Source of the DNA: a virus
Lineage: Duplodnaviria; Caudoviricetes
Virus record (IMG/VR): IMGVR_UViG_3300025018_000071
Location: 1-36,548 of that record
DNA length: 36,548 bases
Strand: one strand, 5' to 3'
Every line of letters starts with the position of its first letter. The first letter of the stretch is position 1. Below the pieces are notes generated by a model. That model worked only from the letters and a program-made list of their open reading frames with translations. It ran no database searches and had not been told where the DNA came from. A program made the position numbers and the translations under genes. Positions 35,084 to 36,548 of this stretch are shown in pieces.

Positions 35084-36406
35084 ATGTCAGTAGTGTTTTA
35101 CGATCAATTTATTGGGACAACGATAGACACTAGCAAGTGGACTGAAACCGACCCTAATAGTATAATTTCCCAAAATGGAAGTTTAAGTTTAGCTTTATCA
35201 AATACAACAAATATATCGGAATTTGTTAATAAATTAGAGTCAGTTTCTAGCATTACTTCCGGGACTTCTATAATACAAGGTCTTTTAGACTGGACTGACG
35301 GCGGTAATAATGAGCCTATTGCTGGTATGTATTTATGGAAGAATAATAGCAATTATGCTTATATCGGAGCTCGTTCAGGTGGAGGAACTTATCGTATTCG
35401 TATTTATTCAGGAGGAACACAGGTTTATAGTTTAGAGTCAACAGTAACTAATGGAAAAGATGTTAAAATAGTTAATACTGGGACAACTGTCGCTTTTTAT
35501 TACTGGTCGGGTAGTGCTTGGGTTCAAATAGGAGTAACAACAACTGTATCTCTTGGTTATAATATTAAGTATGTTATATCGTTACAAGATTTTAATACTA
35601 CTTCGGGAGCTAATCCAACTACAATAGATAACGCTTATTTTTGCAACGCTGATTATTCAACTCAATATCCGCCCACAATTTATACACTCGCTTGCGCCTA
35701 TGCAACTTTTACACTGACCGGTTACACTGCCGCCTTAAAAAGAATAATAAAAGAATTATTATCTTATGGCTCCTATACGCTAACCGGGCAATCCTTGCTT
35801 TTCAAAAAGATTAAGACTCTGCTTGCCGAATTCGGCGCTTATACTCTGACCGGTCAAAACATTTTATTTCATAGAATTAATAAAATAGTGCTTGCATTTG
35901 GTAGTTTCGCACTAACTGGTATAAATGTAATCTTTATCAAAGGCCGGGCAATAATAATGAGCACCGGGACCTTTGCCGTAACGGGTAGCGATTTATTATT
36001 CCACCGCCTAATGCACGTCGTTTTAAATTACGGATCTTTTAGTTTGTCGGGAATTGTAGCCCTATTTCATAAAGTAACTAACGCCGCATTTTCTTTTGGC
36101 TCGTTCGTTTTAAATGGGCAAGACGTTTTATTCCATAGAGTTAGGAAATTAATATCAGAAGTTGGCACCTTTAATTTAACTGGACAAGTCGCAATGTTTC
36201 ATAAAAGAATCAGTTTATTTTTAAGCCTAGGAGTCTTTAATTTAACTGGTTTTTCAATGTCTTTGCACCGTGCCTATCATGTTTGTCTATCGGCTGGTAA
36301 CTTTGCGCTCAGCGGTTTTGCGTTGGCGTTTAAAGGATTTGGTAATTGGTTATGGCGCCGGGGAGCAAAGGACGACGGGGCATGGACTAAGACACCAAAA
36401 GAATAA
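35084..36406 (+). CDS. Fibre-like protein: N-terminal beta-sandwich/lectin-like domain plus ten 22-aa repeats
   Basis: FYDQF..T.IDTSKW N-terminus; repeat consensus xxxxG(S/T)FxL(T/S)GxxxxFH(R/K)xxxx at 35690-36349. Confidence 0.65.
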   Translation: MSVVFYDQFIGTTIDTSKWTETDPNSIISQNGSLSLALSNTTNISEFVNKLESVSSITSGTSIIQGLLDWTDGGNNEPIAGMYLWKNNSNYAYIGARSGGGTYRIRIYSGGTQVYSLESTVTNGKDVKIVNTGTTVAFYYWSGSAWVQIGVTTTVSLGYNIKYVISLQDFNTTSGANPTTIDNAYFCNADYSTQYPPTIYTLACAYATFTLTGYTAALKRIIKELLSYGSYTLTGQSLLFKKIKTLLAEFGAYTLTGQNILFHRINKIVLAFGSFALTGINVIFIKGRAIIMSTGTFAVTGSDLLFHRLMHVVLNYGSFSLSGIVALFHKVTNAAFSFGSFVLNGQDVLFHRVRKLISEVGTFNLTGQVAMFHKRISLFLSLGVFNLTGFSMSLHRAYHVCLSAGNFALSGFALAFKGFGNWLWRRGAKDDGAWTKTPKE

Positions 36407-36421
36407 TTAATTTATAACTTA

Positions 36422-36548
36422 TGAGTATTTTGCAATGGCTACAAGCCGCTGGGAGCATAGTAACCCTAATCGGGGTGCTATTTATTATTTATAAAACTTT
36501 TGCCGACCCGGACGTAAAAGCGGCCAATAGACTCGACCTACTTAGCCA
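36422..36548. repeat. Terminal direct repeat, right copy (identical to 1-127)
   Basis: Exact match to the window start. Confidence 0.95.

Noticed and set aside
68-35352. All minus-strand ORFs and alternate-frame plus-strand ORFs in the track
   Set aside because: They lie within or across well-supported + strand genes or the 14.7-kb control region, and show no recognisable motifs; treated as shadow ORFs.
35690-36349. Repeats as a CRISPR array or DGR template/variable pair
   Set aside because: The periodicity is at protein level with diverged DNA; no identical repeats with spacers, no adenine-specific variant pair, and no reverse transcriptase.
1-36421. Active stop-codon reassignment (code 4, 15 or 25)
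   Set aside because: All conserved genes are full-length under code 11 and TAG terminates several genes; TGA is avoided rather than used as a sense codon.
36422-36548. 127-bp terminal repeat as a physical phage DTR
   Set aside because: It starts inside a start codon and its length equals a common assembler k-mer, so it is better explained as circular contig overlap.

Overview
Apparently complete circular genome of a small tailed phage, 36,421 bp unique. Positions 36422-36548 repeat positions 1-127 exactly, which looks like an assembly overlap. Essentially all credible genes are on the + strand. Gene order from the module boundary at ~14.6-14.9 kb (DnaA box, hairpin terminator, sigma70-type promoter): 3D-domain protein, RecT, a PD-(D/E)XK nuclease-FtsK fusion, DEDDh exonuclease, replication initiator with internal iterons, Dam-like methyltransferase, MmcB-like nuclease, small terminase, RusA, Acb2/Tad1-like hairpin protein, tRNA-Trp, large terminase, P22-like portal, scaffold, N4-gp56-type major capsid, adaptor/tail genes, ejection proteins including a 2943-aa polyvalent protein, amidase and holin. 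The architecture is podovirus-like. I saw no integrase, repressor, DNA polymerase or helicase. Most genes have A/T-rich leaders without a Shine-Dalgarno sequence, and by inference the host may be a Patescibacteria/CPR-like organism. Most notable observations: the multi-enzyme virion protein, the RecT-linked nuclease-FtsK fusion, four intergenic multi-branch RNA structures (one C4-antisense-like), extreme depletion of GATG/CATC, and near-absence of TGA stop codons. All family calls come from motif recognition by eye, not database searches.
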